DNA of 64,000 bases, taken from Mycobacteriales bacterium (GTDB lineage Bacteria; Actinomycetota; Actinomycetes; Mycobacteriales; JACQDL01). Position numbers and translations under genes: made by a program. The notes under the pieces are model-generated. The model was not told the DNA's origin. It did not search any database and saw nothing but the letters and a program-made list of their open reading frames with translations. The number at the start of each line of letters is the position of its first letter. Positions within the stretch are counted from its first letter, which is position 1. Location: positions 9,039-73,038 of the forward strand of contig DATILL010000124.1 of the NCBI GenBank assembly GCA_035476575.1. The letters run 5' to 3'. This document shows positions 1 to 13,385 of this stretch, one piece after another.

Positions 1-62
1 CGGTGTCGCCGGGCCGACGTAGCATCGAGCTCAACCCCGGCGGGAACGCAGCGAGGTGGGCC

Positions 63-800
63 ATGAGTCACCAGAGTGATCTGATCGACACCACCGAGAT
101 GTACCTGCGCACCGTGTACGAGCTGGAAGAGGAAGGCATCGTGCCGCTGCGTGCCCGGATCGCCGAGCGGCTGCGGCAGAGCGGCCCGACGGTCTCCCAG
201 ACGGTGGCCCGGATGCAGCGGGACGGGCTGCTCACCGTGCAGGGCGACCGGCACCTGGAGCTGACCCCGCACGGCCGCGAGCAGGCCATCGCGGTGATGC
301 GCAAGCACCGGCTGGCCGAGTGCCTGCTGGTCGACGTGATCGGGCTGGACTGGGCGGACGTGCACGTCGAGGCCTGCCGCTGGGAGCACGTGATGAGCGA
401 GGCGGTCGAACGCCGGCTGGTGACCCTGCTGCGTAACCCCACGCACTGCCCGCATGGCAACCCGATCCCCGGCCTGGCCGACCTGTGCGCCGACGGCGAG
501 CGGACCGGTGCGCAGCCCTGCGCGCAGGTCGCCGAGACGATCTCGGAGCCGGGCCTGACCACGCTGCAGCGAGCGGTCCGCGAGGGCATCGTCCGGGTTG
601 TGGTACGGCGGATCAGCGAGCAGCTCCAGCCCGACCTCGCGGTGATGCACCTGTTGCAGCAGGCTGGCGTACGTCCCGGGGAGTCGCTGGAGCTGACCCA
701 GGCGTCCGGTGGCGTCCGGGTCGGGTCGGTCGAGCACGGCGTCGACCTGAACGACTTCGTCGCGTCACACGTCTTCGTCGATGGGGCACCGGCACGGTGA
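63..800 (+). CDS. ideR: DtxR/IdeR-family metal-dependent transcriptional repressor
   Basis: ATG at 63 within ORF 3..800. MSHQSDLIDTTEMYLRTVYELEEEG...HRLAECLL...CPHGNPIP matches the DtxR/IdeR wHTH, metal-binding region and C-terminal SH3-like domain. Confidence 0.9.
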   Translation: MSHQSDLIDTTEMYLRTVYELEEEGIVPLRARIAERLRQSGPTVSQTVARMQRDGLLTVQGDRHLELTPHGREQAIAVMRKHRLAECLLVDVIGLDWADVHVEACRWEHVMSEAVERRLVTLLRNPTHCPHGNPIPGLADLCADGERTGAQPCAQVAETISEPGLTTLQRAVREGIVRVVVRRISEQLQPDLAVMHLLQQAGVRPGESLELTQASGGVRVGSVEHGVDLNDFVASHVFVDGAPAR

Positions 801-1483
801 CCGCAGTGACGGTGGACGTTGTGGCGCTCACCGTACAGTCAGACCGGCTCGAGGTGCTGCTGGTACGGCGTGCCGACGAGCCATACCAGGGCTGCTGGGC
901 GCTGCCCGGCGGGTTCGTCGGGCCGGCCGAGGACCTGGCCGCCGCGGCCGCGCGCGAGCTGGCCGAGGAGACCGGCGTCAACGAGCTGGCCGCGCACCTG
1001 GAGCAGCTTGCCACCTACGGCACGCCGGGCCGGGACCCGCGCGGCCGGGTGGTGACCGTCGCCTACCTGGCCTTCGCGCCGGCCTGCGAGCTGCCGCCGC
1101 GGGGAGACGCCGAGGTCACCGACGCGCGCTGGCACCCCGTGGCCAGGCTGCCGGGGCTGGCGTTCGACCACGGCCGGATCATGGCCGACGGGGTCGAGCG
1201 GGCCCGGGCGAAGCTGGAGTACTCCGCGCTCGGCACGGCCTTCTGCGTCGAGCCGTTCACCGCCGCCGACCTGCGCCGGGTGTACGAGGCCGTGTGGGGG
1301 GTGCCGCTCGACCCGCGCAACTTCTGGCGCAAGGTGTCCTCCACGCCGGGCCTGCTGCTGCCGGTGCCGGGCCGGTCGGTGCCCGGGCCGAACGGCGGCC
1401 GGCCGGCGGCCCGGTTCCGGCGCGGGCCGGCGATGATGCTGCACCCGCCGATCCTGCGGCCGTCCCGGCTGCCGGTGCCCTGA
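797..1483 (+). CDS. Nudix hydrolase with C-terminal winged-helix domain (NrtR-like)
   Basis: GTG at 797 overlaps the ideR stop (GTGA). Nudix box GGFVGPAEDLAAAAARELAEETG, then FDHGRIMADGVERARAKLEYS...FTAADLRRVYEAVWG...DPRNFWRKV, typical of the NrtR wHTH. Confidence 0.8.
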   Translation: MTAVTVDVVALTVQSDRLEVLLVRRADEPYQGCWALPGGFVGPAEDLAAAAARELAEETGVNELAAHLEQLATYGTPGRDPRGRVVTVAYLAFAPACELPPRGDAEVTDARWHPVARLPGLAFDHGRIMADGVERARAKLEYSALGTAFCVEPFTAADLRRVYEAVWGVPLDPRNFWRKVSSTPGLLLPVPGRSVPGPNGGRPAARFRRGPAMMLHPPILRPSRLPVP

Positions 1484-1557
1484 GGCCGCGGCGCACCGGC
1501 CCCAGCCGCGTCGGATCAGGCACCAGACCGGACACGCCCGGTAACCTTGGGAACACC

Positions 1558-3288
1558 ATGGGGGACGACGACGCGGGCCAGCCCCGCAACGGCTCATCCC
1601 AGGGCGGCCCACCCCACGGGAGCCAGCCCGAGAACGGCCGCGCCCTTGACAACCCGACCACCGACCACGCCCGATTAGTGAGCCTGCTGGACCAGGCGGA
1701 GCGGCTGTTCGACGAGCACGACCCCGCGGCTGGCATCGACCCGGCGCGTGACGCCGTGGAGCTGGCCCGGCTGCTGGGCGACGGGCCGCTGACAGCCCGT
1801 GCCCTGGCCCTGCTTGGCGGTCATCACCGGCTGGCCGGCGACGCCGGCCGGGCCGTCCCGCTGCTCACCGAGGGCGCCGACCTGGCCGACAAGTACGCCG
1901 TACCGCCGGTGCAGGCGGCCTGCCTGACCAACCTCGGCTACCTCGCGCTGATGGCGGGCGACCTGACCGAGGCCACGGCGTACCTGGAGCGGGCACTGGT
2001 CATCCAGCGCTCCGTCGGCAACGTGGTGGGCGAGGCTGCCGTGCTCGACTATCTCGCGTTCACCCTGTACGAGGAGGGAGAGCAGGGGCAGGCCGAGGAC
2101 CTGCTGGACCGGGCGCACCGGATCCGGCAGGAGCACGGCGACCCCCGGTGGATCGCGGTCAGCCTGAACAACAAGGGCTACCTGGCCAGCCTGCTCGCCG
2201 CCCGGGTCGGCGTCGGGCCGGACCGGGTCGCGCGGTACCGGCAGCGGGCCGTCGACCTGCTTACCGACGCCGTGGACCACGCGCTGCGCTGCGACCACCG
2301 GGAGCTGCGCTCGTTCGTGACCGCCAACCTGGCCGCCGCCCGGGTGGCGCAGGGTGTCGACGAGCCGTCGCCGGCGGTCTTCGCGGGCCGGCTGGCCGCT
2401 GCCCGCCGGACCGGCGACCGGCCGGAGGAGGCGCTGGCGCTGTTCAACCTCGGCCGGGCGCACTTCCTGGCCGGTAACCGGGCCACCGCTGAGCTGCTGT
2501 GGGCCGAGGCGGTCGAGCTGGCCAACGAGCTCGGCCAGAGCAGGCTGCTGCGCGACATCCACCGCGACATCGCCTGCGACTACGAGGAGGCCGGCGAGGC
2601 GACCAGCGCGCTGGAGCACTACAAGCGGTTCCACGAGCTGGAGCGCACCGTCGCCGCCGAAGCCGCGGCGCAACGCGCCCGGCTGGCGATGGTCCGGCTG
2701 GAGGCGGAGCACGCCCGCCACGAGACAGAGCGGTACCGGCAGCTCAACGCCGAGCTGGCCGAGGCCAACCGGCGGTTGAAGGAGCAGGCCCTGCTGATGG
2801 ACCGGGTGTCCCGGGAGGACGAGCTGACCGGGCTGGGCAACCGGCGGTACCTGGCCGCCCGGCTGCCGCTGGCGTACGAGCACGCGCTGCGGACCGGTGA
2901 GCCGCTGGCGGTGCTGGTGGCCGACGTCGACCTGTTCAAGGAGATCAACGACCGGTACTCGCACGGTGTCGGGGACGCGGTGCTGCGGTCGGTGGCCCAG
3001 CTCCTGTCCGCTGCCACCCGGCCCGGTGACCTGGTGATCCGCTACGGTGGCGAGGAGTTCGTGCTCGTGCTGGCCAACACCGACGTGGCCGGCGCGCGGA
3101 GCCTGGCCGAGCGGCTGCGTGCACTGGTGGAGGACCACGACTGGGACGTGATCCGTCCCGGCCTGCGGGCCACCATCAGCCTCGGGGTCTGCGCGGACAC
3201 CGGGCTCGGCTCCGGCCCGCGGATGATCGACGTCGCCGACCAGCGGATGTACGACGCCAAGCGGGCTGGCCGGAACCGGGTCCGGTGA
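1558..3288 (+). CDS. TPR-repeat / coiled-coil diguanylate cyclase (GGDEF domain)
   Basis: ATG at 1558 in the frame of ORF 781..3288. The C-terminus has DELTGLGNRRYL...DVDLFKEINDRYSHGVGD...RYGGEEFVLVL...DQRMYDAKRAGRNRV. Confidence 0.85.
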   Translation: MGDDDAGQPRNGSSQGGPPHGSQPENGRALDNPTTDHARLVSLLDQAERLFDEHDPAAGIDPARDAVELARLLGDGPLTARALALLGGHHRLAGDAGRAVPLLTEGADLADKYAVPPVQAACLTNLGYLALMAGDLTEATAYLERALVIQRSVGNVVGEAAVLDYLAFTLYEEGEQGQAEDLLDRAHRIRQEHGDPRWIAVSLNNKGYLASLLAARVGVGPDRVARYRQRAVDLLTDAVDHALRCDHRELRSFVTANLAAARVAQGVDEPSPAVFAGRLAAARRTGDRPEEALALFNLGRAHFLAGNRATAELLWAEAVELANELGQSRLLRDIHRDIACDYEEAGEATSALEHYKRFHELERTVAAEAAAQRARLAMVRLEAEHARHETERYRQLNAELAEANRRLKEQALLMDRVSREDELTGLGNRRYLAARLPLAYEHALRTGEPLAVLVADVDLFKEINDRYSHGVGDAVLRSVAQLLSAATRPGDLVIRYGGEEFVLVLANTDVAGARSLAERLRALVEDHDWDVIRPGLRATISLGVCADTGLGSGPRMIDVADQRMYDAKRAGRNRVR

Positions 3289-3369
3289 CTTGATGAGCTG
3301 GCCGGAACGTCCCCCCGGCACGATAGTTTGCCTTCCAAAGGACTCTCTCGACCAAGGGACTTGCTGGCG

Positions 3370-5496
3370 ATGACTGATCGGACCATTTCCGGCGGGACAC
3401 CCGCACCCGAGCTACCGGGCGGGGCGCCCGCACCGGAGCTACCGGGCGGGACACCCGCACCCGGTCAGTTCATGGACCTGGCCGCGTTCGTCGCACTGCC
3501 CCGGCTGTCTGGCCTCGTCGTCTCGCCGGACGGCGCCCGGCTGGTGACCTCGGTCTCCCGCCCCGGCCCGGACGGCACGAAGTACGCCTCGGCGCTGTGG
3601 GAGATCGACCCGGCCGGCGTACGGCGCCCACGGCGGCTGACCCAGTCCGCCCTCGGCGAGTCGCAGCCGGTGTTCGCGCCGGATGGCTCGCTGGTGTTCA
3701 CCTCTCGCCGGCCCGACCCGGCGGAGAGGTCCACGGCGGGTGACGGTGCCGGCGATCGGGCCGACAAGCCCGCGCTCTGGGTGCTTCCGGCCGGTGGTGG
3801 CGAGGCCCGGGCGGTCGCGAGCCGGCCGGGCGGGATCGGTACCGTGGCGGTCGCCCAGGTGGCCGGCGACGTGGCCTTCCTGGCCGGCGTGCTGCCAGGT
3901 TCTGGCACCGTCGAGGAGGACGAGCAGGCCCGCAAGGCCCGCAAGGATGCCGGGGTCACCGCGATCCTGCACGAGCGGTACCCGGTGCGGCACTGGGACC
4001 ACGACATCGGCCCCGACCAGGCCAGGGTGTTCCTCGCCGGCCCGCTGCCGTCCGACGAGGAGCGCTACGCCGAAGCCCGCGACCTCACGCCCGACCCGCA
4101 GGGCCGGGTGGGCGACGCGGAGCTAGCCCTCTCTCCTGACGGCAGCCTGGTCGCCTACGGCTGGACCGTGGACGGCCAGGGGGCCGAGGAGAGGCACACG
4201 ATCGTGGTGGCCGAGACCGCCACCGGAGCCCGCCGGCTGGTGCTGCAGGAGCCGGACGCTGGCTTCGTCACCCCGGTGTTCTCCCCGGACGGTGGGTCGC
4301 TGGCCTGCGTGCGCGAGGAGATCACCACCTACGAGGGGGTCGGGCGCTGCACGCTGTGGCTGGTCGACCTGGCCACCAGCGCCGGCCGGGACGCCACCCC
4401 GAGCTTTCCGGACGCACCGTGCTCACCGGTCTTCGCGCCGGAGGGCGACGCGGTCTACCTCATCGCGGACGAGCGCGGGCACTCGCCGGTGTTCCGGCTG
4501 GACATCGCGGACGGTTCGATCACCCGGCTGACGGCGTCCGGTGCGTACACGGACGTGACGCCGGCTCCTGACGGCTCGGCCGTGTACGCGCTGCGGTCGG
4601 CCGTGGACAGCCCGCCCACGCCGGTGCGGCTGGACCCGAGGGTGGCCGACCAGGACGCCGTACCGCTGCCCAGCCCGGGCGACCTCGGCACGCTGCCGGG
4701 CACCCTGGTCGAGGTGACCACCAGCGCGGACGACGGCGTGCCGCTGCGGGCCTGGCTGTGCCTGCCGGACGGCGCCTCGGCCGCCGACCCGGCGCCGCTG
4801 CTGCTGTGGATCCACGGCGGCCCGCTGGCGAGCTGGAACGCGTGGTCGTGGCGGTGGAACCCGTGGCTCATGGTCGCCCGGGGGTACGCCGTCCTGCTGC
4901 CCGACCCGGCGCTGTCCACTGGCTACGGCCCGGCGTTCATCGCCCGTGGCTGGGGCGCCTGGGGAGCCCGGCCGTACACCGACGTCATGGCGCTGACCGA
5001 CGCCGCGGTCGCCCGGGACGACATCGACGAGAGCCGAACCGCCGCGATGGGCGGCAGCTTCGGCGGGTACCTGGCCAACTGGGTGGCGACCCGGACCGAG
5101 CGGTTCAAGGCGATCGTGACCCACGCCAGCCTGTGGCATCTGGACGCCTTCGGCGGGGCCACCGACCATTCGTGGTACTGGCTGCGCGAGATGGGTGACC
5201 CGCTCAGCCAGCCGGAGCGGTACCTCGCCAACTCGCCGCACCTGGGGGTACGGAACATCCGCACCCCGATGCTGGTGATCCACGGTGACAAGGACTACCG
5301 GGTGCCGATCGCCGAAGGGCTGCGGCTGTGGTTCGACCTGTGCCGGTTCGAGGTGCCGGCGAAGTTCCTGTACTTCCCAGACGAGAACCACTGGATCCTG
5401 ACTCCGGGGCACGCCAAGGTGTGGTACGAGACTGTGCTGGCCTTTCTGGCCGAGCACGTCCTGGACCACAAGTGGGAGCGCCCGTCCCTGCTGTGA
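3370..5496 (+). CDS. S9 family prolyl oligopeptidase / acylaminoacyl-peptidase-like serine peptidase
   Basis: ORF 3328..5496. Beta-propeller N-terminal part, then WIHGGP...GGSFGGYL...IHGDKDYRVP...DENHW (Ser-Asp-His hydrolase domain). Start at 3370 (MTDRT) is chosen, so it is uncertain. Confidence 0.85.
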   Translation: MTDRTISGGTPAPELPGGAPAPELPGGTPAPGQFMDLAAFVALPRLSGLVVSPDGARLVTSVSRPGPDGTKYASALWEIDPAGVRRPRRLTQSALGESQPVFAPDGSLVFTSRRPDPAERSTAGDGAGDRADKPALWVLPAGGGEARAVASRPGGIGTVAVAQVAGDVAFLAGVLPGSGTVEEDEQARKARKDAGVTAILHERYPVRHWDHDIGPDQARVFLAGPLPSDEERYAEARDLTPDPQGRVGDAELALSPDGSLVAYGWTVDGQGAEERHTIVVAETATGARRLVLQEPDAGFVTPVFSPDGGSLACVREEITTYEGVGRCTLWLVDLATSAGRDATPSFPDAPCSPVFAPEGDAVYLIADERGHSPVFRLDIADGSITRLTASGAYTDVTPAPDGSAVYALRSAVDSPPTPVRLDPRVADQDAVPLPSPGDLGTLPGTLVEVTTSADDGVPLRAWLCLPDGASAADPAPLLLWIHGGPLASWNAWSWRWNPWLMVARGYAVLLPDPALSTGYGPAFIARGWGAWGARPYTDVMALTDAAVARDDIDESRTAAMGGSFGGYLANWVATRTERFKAIVTHASLWHLDAFGGATDHSWYWLREMGDPLSQPERYLANSPHLGVRNIRTPMLVIHGDKDYRVPIAEGLRLWFDLCRFEVPAKFLYFPDENHWILTPGHAKVWYETVLAFLAEHVLDHKWERPSLL

Positions 5497-5585
5497 TCTC
5501 GCCCTGCTGGTGGTCCGGCCTGCCGGACAAGGGCATCGCGGGCGATCCCGATGCCGGGGATGATCGCGTCCGGCATACTCGACAG

Positions 5586-5750
5586 GTGCTGATCGTCACC
5601 ACGAACGACATCCCCGGCTTCGAGGTTACCCGCGCGTTCGGGCCGCCGCCCGGATGCCCGGGTGGCTATCAGGGCGGGCCGGGCACGCAGGGCCAGGCAC
5701 CGGGCCAGCAGTACGGCCAGCCCCAGCCGGGGACGCCGTACCCCGGCTGA
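5586..5750 (+). pseudogene. Remnant of a YbjQ/UPF0145-like gene fused to a P/G/Q-rich tail
   Basis: GTG at 5586 gives VLIVTTNDIPGFEVTRAFG, which resembles a YbjQ-family N-terminus. It then runs into PPPGCPGGYQGGPGTQGQAPGQQYGQPQPGTPYPG. CATACT lies 6 nt upstream of the GTG, so a leaderless -10 is possible. Confidence 0.3.
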
Positions 5751-5790
5751 CCGCCAGCAGCTCATGGCCGCAGTGGGGACCGCCGAGCTG

Positions 5791-9660
<3,870 letters not shown>

Positions 9661-10767
9661 CTAGGTGTCGCCAGCCACCTGGGCCTCGTCAACCATCCGG
9701 GCACCGTCCACCACCTGGCCAAGCAGTGGGGTCGTGCGGGGATCCAGACCGAGGGAAAGCGTCTGGTCGAGCAGCAGGGCCGCGCTGTAGGTCGGGTCGA
9801 GCTCCAGCGCCCGATCCACCGCGATCCTGGCCAACGGCCCGGCACCATCCCGCCAGGCCGCCCATCCGGTCAGGAACAACGGCGCCACCCGGTACCCCGC
9901 CGGCACCCGCCGGGCCAGCTCCCGCCATAGCTCGAGCACCGCCCCGCACAGCCCTCGAGAACGCTCCATCCACAGCCAAGCCGCATCCCGCACCGCCCTG
10001 TCGGTCAGCCCGACCGCCACCTTCGCCGCCGCGGAGTGGCTCGGCCAGGACACCGCGCCAGCGGCCGTCAGCTTGTCGAGCGACCGGCGGACCCGGGCGG
10101 CGGCCGCTGCCCGCCAGGGCTCAACGCTGCGGTCGGCGGTCACCCGGCGGGCCAGGTCACCCTCGGCCCGTACCACGGCCGCAGCCAGCCCGATCCCGTC
10201 CTCCGGCTCCGGATCCAGGGTGGCGGCCAGCGCCGCCCGATCCGGCAGCACAACCAGGCCGACCGTGGCCGCCGCCACCGCCAGCCGGCTCGTCGCCCCA
10301 CCCACCGGCCGGCCCGCGGCAGGACAGCACTCCTCGTCCGCGCACGTGTAGGACCGCCACCGGCCGCTGGCCACGAACAGCGCCTCCCGCATCCGCACCC
10401 CAGACCCGGCCGCGGCGGCGGCGATCTCGGCGACCAGGTCCCGCTCCGGCAGCACGCCGAGCAGCACCTCGGCCGACGGGTCGGCCAGCTCCCCGAACAC
10501 GACGACCACGATCTCCTCCGCACCGGCCTGAAGGAGCTGTGCGGTCAGGTGCGCAGCGAGCTCGGGCTGGTCGCGCAGCTCGGCGAGATCCGCCCTGACC
10601 ACCACGCCGACCTGCGCCCCGGCCGCGTGCAGCGAGACCACGACCAGACTGTCGCGGGGATGGAACCCAAGCAGGTAGGGCACGACATCAACGAGGTCAC
10701 CCGGCCCACGCAGGGTCAACGGCACCAGATCCTCGGGACCTGCGGCCCCGGTCAACGCGTCGGTCAT
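9661..10767 (-). CDS. DUF4192 family protein
   Basis: 368-aa ORF. GPGDLVDVVPYLLGFHPRDSLVVV...RWRSYTCADEECCPAAG is the pattern I recognise for actinobacterial DUF4192. Confidence 0.75.
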   Translation of the reverse strand: MTDALTGAAGPEDLVPLTLRGPGDLVDVVPYLLGFHPRDSLVVVSLHAAGAQVGVVVRADLAELRDQPELAAHLTAQLLQAGAEEIVVVVFGELADPSAEVLLGVLPERDLVAEIAAAAAGSGVRMREALFVASGRWRSYTCADEECCPAAGRPVGGATSRLAVAAATVGLVVLPDRAALAATLDPEPEDGIGLAAAVVRAEGDLARRVTADRSVEPWRAAAAARVRRSLDKLTAAGAVSWPSHSAAAKVAVGLTDRAVRDAAWLWMERSRGLCGAVLELWRELARRVPAGYRVAPLFLTGWAAWRDGAGPLARIAVDRALELDPTYSAALLLDQTLSLGLDPRTTPLLGQVVDGARMVDEAQVAGDT

Positions 10768-10902
10768 GCCGGACAGCCTCGGCCGGCGAGCATGCGTCGC
10801 ACCACCCCCGAGCGCCCCGCTGTGGATAACGCCTGACCCTGTGGACAGTCACTTGACAAAGTCGCAACGAGTCTTCGGTCCTGCTCACGACCCGGTCGTG
10901 AC

Positions 10903-11253
10903 ATGCTGCCCGGCATGACGGAGCGCGGACTGCCGGCACACGGTGTGCGGGACCTCAAGGCCAAGGTCACCCGGCACCTGGAGGAGCTCGCAAGAGAGTC
11001 GCTGGACAACGAGAACGTCGACCTCGGTCTGGCCACACGTATCGCCGACGCCCTCTGGTCCCTCATCGACGTGGTGGCCGACCGGGACGAGGATGCGAAG
11101 ATCGCCGTCCGCGGCGCGGTCGACTACTTCGTGCTCAACCGGGACGAAACTCCGGACCTGGACAGCCGACACGGCTTCGTCGACGATGTCAAGATCGTCA
11201 ACGAGGTATGCGTCGAGCTCGGCCTCCCCGAGCTCGCTGTCCGGATCGGCTGA
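10903..11253 (+). CDS. Hypothetical acidic protein
   Basis: 116-aa ORF with high GC3 and no family recognised. An alternative ATG lies at 10915. Confidence 0.5.
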   Translation: MLPGMTERGLPAHGVRDLKAKVTRHLEELARESLDNENVDLGLATRIADALWSLIDVVADRDEDAKIAVRGAVDYFVLNRDETPDLDSRHGFVDDVKIVNEVCVELGLPELAVRIG

Positions 11254-11298
11254 GACCCGGAACCGGCCAAGCCTGCTCGGCCTGCTGGGGCCTGCCTG

Positions 11299-11487
11299 CT
11301 ACAGGTCGGCCGACTCGATCAGGGCGTCCGGGCCGGGGAAGATGAGGGACTCGTGCCCGTCGTCGAAGCGGACCAGGTACGGCGGCCCGCCGTCCTCCCC
11401 GCGAACGTCAACGATCTCACCGAGCCGGTCCCGCTCTCCGACCACATGACCGTGCACGTGCAACCGGTTCCCCACGACAGCGCGCAT
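11299..11487 (-). CDS. DUF1918 domain protein
   Basis: MRAVVGNRLHVHGHVVGERDRLGEIVDVRGEDGGPPYLVRFDDGHESLIFPG is a typical DUF1918 sequence. The ATG at 11487 has a GGGAGG RBS upstream. Confidence 0.7.
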   Translation of the reverse strand: MRAVVGNRLHVHGHVVGERDRLGEIVDVRGEDGGPPYLVRFDDGHESLIFPGPDALIESADL

Positions 11488-11614
11488 CTGCCTACCTCCC
11501 GCGGTGTGTGCCGGAACTAGCGTCCCGCGCGGCCGGCCACATGGGAAGACCGCGCGCACGGCACTACCCGTCCAGGTAAGCAGGTACCGCTACCTCGTCC
11601 AGGTACCACTACCA

Positions 11615-12493
11615 CTACCCGTCCAGGTACGCGGCCAGCAGGTCGGCCATCTGGCGGGCGTTGGTCTGGGCGTAGCTGTCACAGCAGTTGTTCATCAGCA
11701 CGTGCGTGTCCTTGGCCGTCGCCGCCAGGTCCACGATCTTCGGCGCCCAGCCGGCCAGCTCCTCCTTCGAGTACTCGTAGCCGAACCGTTCGTATATGTC
11801 GCGGCTGTCCCACTTCTCGCTGTGGCCATGGAAGCGCACCACGACAAGGTCGGCGGTCGCGACCAGCACCGGCGGCACCGAGCTCGGGTAGCCCTGCGGC
11901 ATGTCGACCACGACGTACGGCAGCGCGTAGGACCGGAGGAAGTCGAGCGTCTCGTCCTGGTTCTCCGGCGACAGCCAGGTCCTGTTTCGGAACTCTACAC
12001 AGATCCGATATGGTTTGGCCCGGTCCGCGCACTCCAGGATGTAGCGCATGTTGCGCCGGCCGATCGGAAACCACCGCGGGAACTGGAACAGCACCGCGCC
12101 CAGCTTGCCGGCCGAGTGCAGAGGCTCCAGCGCGGCGAGGAACCGCTCCCACACGGTGTCCACCGTCGCCGCCGGCAGGTCCTTGAGGTAGACGTTCCTC
12201 GTCCCCTCGGGCCGGACGTCCTTGTACAGCGCGGCCGGTCGGGTGGGATGCTGGGTGAGCAGGCTGAAGGCCTTGACATTGAAGACAAAGCCCTCGGGCG
12301 TGCGCTCGACCCAGGCGCGAGAGTTCCGCTCGTTGGGCGGGGTGTAGTAGGTCGAGTCCACCTCGACCAGCGGGAACTGGCTGGCGTAGTACCTCAGCCG
12401 CTGCTCCGGCGTGGTCACATCAGCCGGGTACCAGCCGGAGTCCAGCAGCGTCTTGTCCGTCCAGGACGCCGTACCGACCCTGATCGTGCCCAT
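11615..12493 (-). CDS. DUF72 family protein
   Basis: MGTIRVGTASWTDKTLLDSGWYP...YYASQFPLVEVDSTYY...FQFPRWF are DUF72 hallmarks. The start ATG overlaps the upstream gene's stop (ATGA). Confidence 0.9.
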   Translation of the reverse strand: MGTIRVGTASWTDKTLLDSGWYPADVTTPEQRLRYYASQFPLVEVDSTYYTPPNERNSRAWVERTPEGFVFNVKAFSLLTQHPTRPAALYKDVRPEGTRNVYLKDLPAATVDTVWERFLAALEPLHSAGKLGAVLFQFPRWFPIGRRNMRYILECADRAKPYRICVEFRNRTWLSPENQDETLDFLRSYALPYVVVDMPQGYPSSVPPVLVATADLVVVRFHGHSEKWDSRDIYERFGYEYSKEELAGWAPKIVDLAATAKDTHVLMNNCCDSYAQTNARQMADLLAAYLDG

Positions 12494-13122
12494 CAGCGTA
12501 GAGTGCCGTCCCGCCAGGCCGCCGCGGCCCGCTCCAGGGCGTCGGCGGTCCGCACGTTGCGCTCGGCCCGGGACCACTCAGCGGCCCGCTCATGGTCGCC
12601 GGCCACCTCCGAGCGCCCCAGCGCCACGATCCGGAAGAACGCCGCGGCCCGCTCCAGCGCGACCGCGAAGTCGCCCTTGTAGGCCCCGGTGAGCACGGCG
12701 TCGGCGAGCGCCCGGACCGCCGCCGGGTCTACGCCGTCGGCCATCCCAGCCACCACCTCGGCCACCGGCGCCAGCCCCCGGCCGGCGGCGTACCACCGGG
12801 CCAGCGCGGAGCCCTGCTCGCGGCACCAGCTCCGCAGCAGGTACAGCGTCCACAACACGCCGGGCAACGAGTCGTCGGCGGCCTCCCGCCACAGCTCGGC
12901 CAGCGTGTCCAGCCCGACGGTGTCGGCCAGGTCCAGCAGGTCGGGGGTACGTGGGCCAACGCCACTGCGCCCGGCCTCCACCACCACAGCGGCGGTGGCG
13001 TGCGCCAGCTCGATCCGGGCCAGCGGCTCGCCGTGCCAGCGGGCAGCGGCCAGCCGCTCCACGTCCGCGGCGACGTGCGGCCGGGGCCGACGTTCGCCGG
13101 CAGGCTGCCCTGGGTCGGTCAT
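12493..13122 (-). CDS. Conserved hypothetical protein
   Basis: C-terminal 209 aa of ORF 12493..14034 (MTDPGQPAGERRP...AAAWRDGTLR), high GC3, translationally coupled to the DUF72 gene. An alternative start at 13218 has lower GC3. Confidence 0.6.
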   Translation of the reverse strand: MTDPGQPAGERRPRPHVAADVERLAAARWHGEPLARIELAHATAAVVVEAGRSGVGPRTPDLLDLADTVGLDTLAELWREAADDSLPGVLWTLYLLRSWCREQGSALARWYAAGRGLAPVAEVVAGMADGVDPAAVRALADAVLTGAYKGDFAVALERAAAFFRIVALGRSEVAGDHERAAEWSRAERNVRTADALERAAAAWRDGTLR

Positions 13123-13385
13123 GCGGTCAACGGTACGTGACACCGCGGACAGTTTCGCGGCGATCACGGGAACGCTGGACGCATCGGTTATGTTGAGGTG
13201 CGACGCCGGCCCGTTCATGACCCCCGGTTCCCAATCATGTCGCCATGAGCGACCTCGCGCCGCGAGGCGATCTGGCGGGCCGGCGTTCACCTGTCCGTCA
13301 GCCAGCCTGCCCGCGGCGCTCGCCGGGCTCAGCGGGCGTCGACAGCTCGCTGGCGGACACCCATCGTCGGGCCCAGCCAGCACAC

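Noticed and set aside
10845-10875. RecA-NDp-like sequence TTGTCAAGTG upstream of the DUF4192 gene.
   Set aside because: It has an extra base relative to TGTCRGTG and no properly spaced TAnnnT hexamer, so it is not counted as a motif hit.
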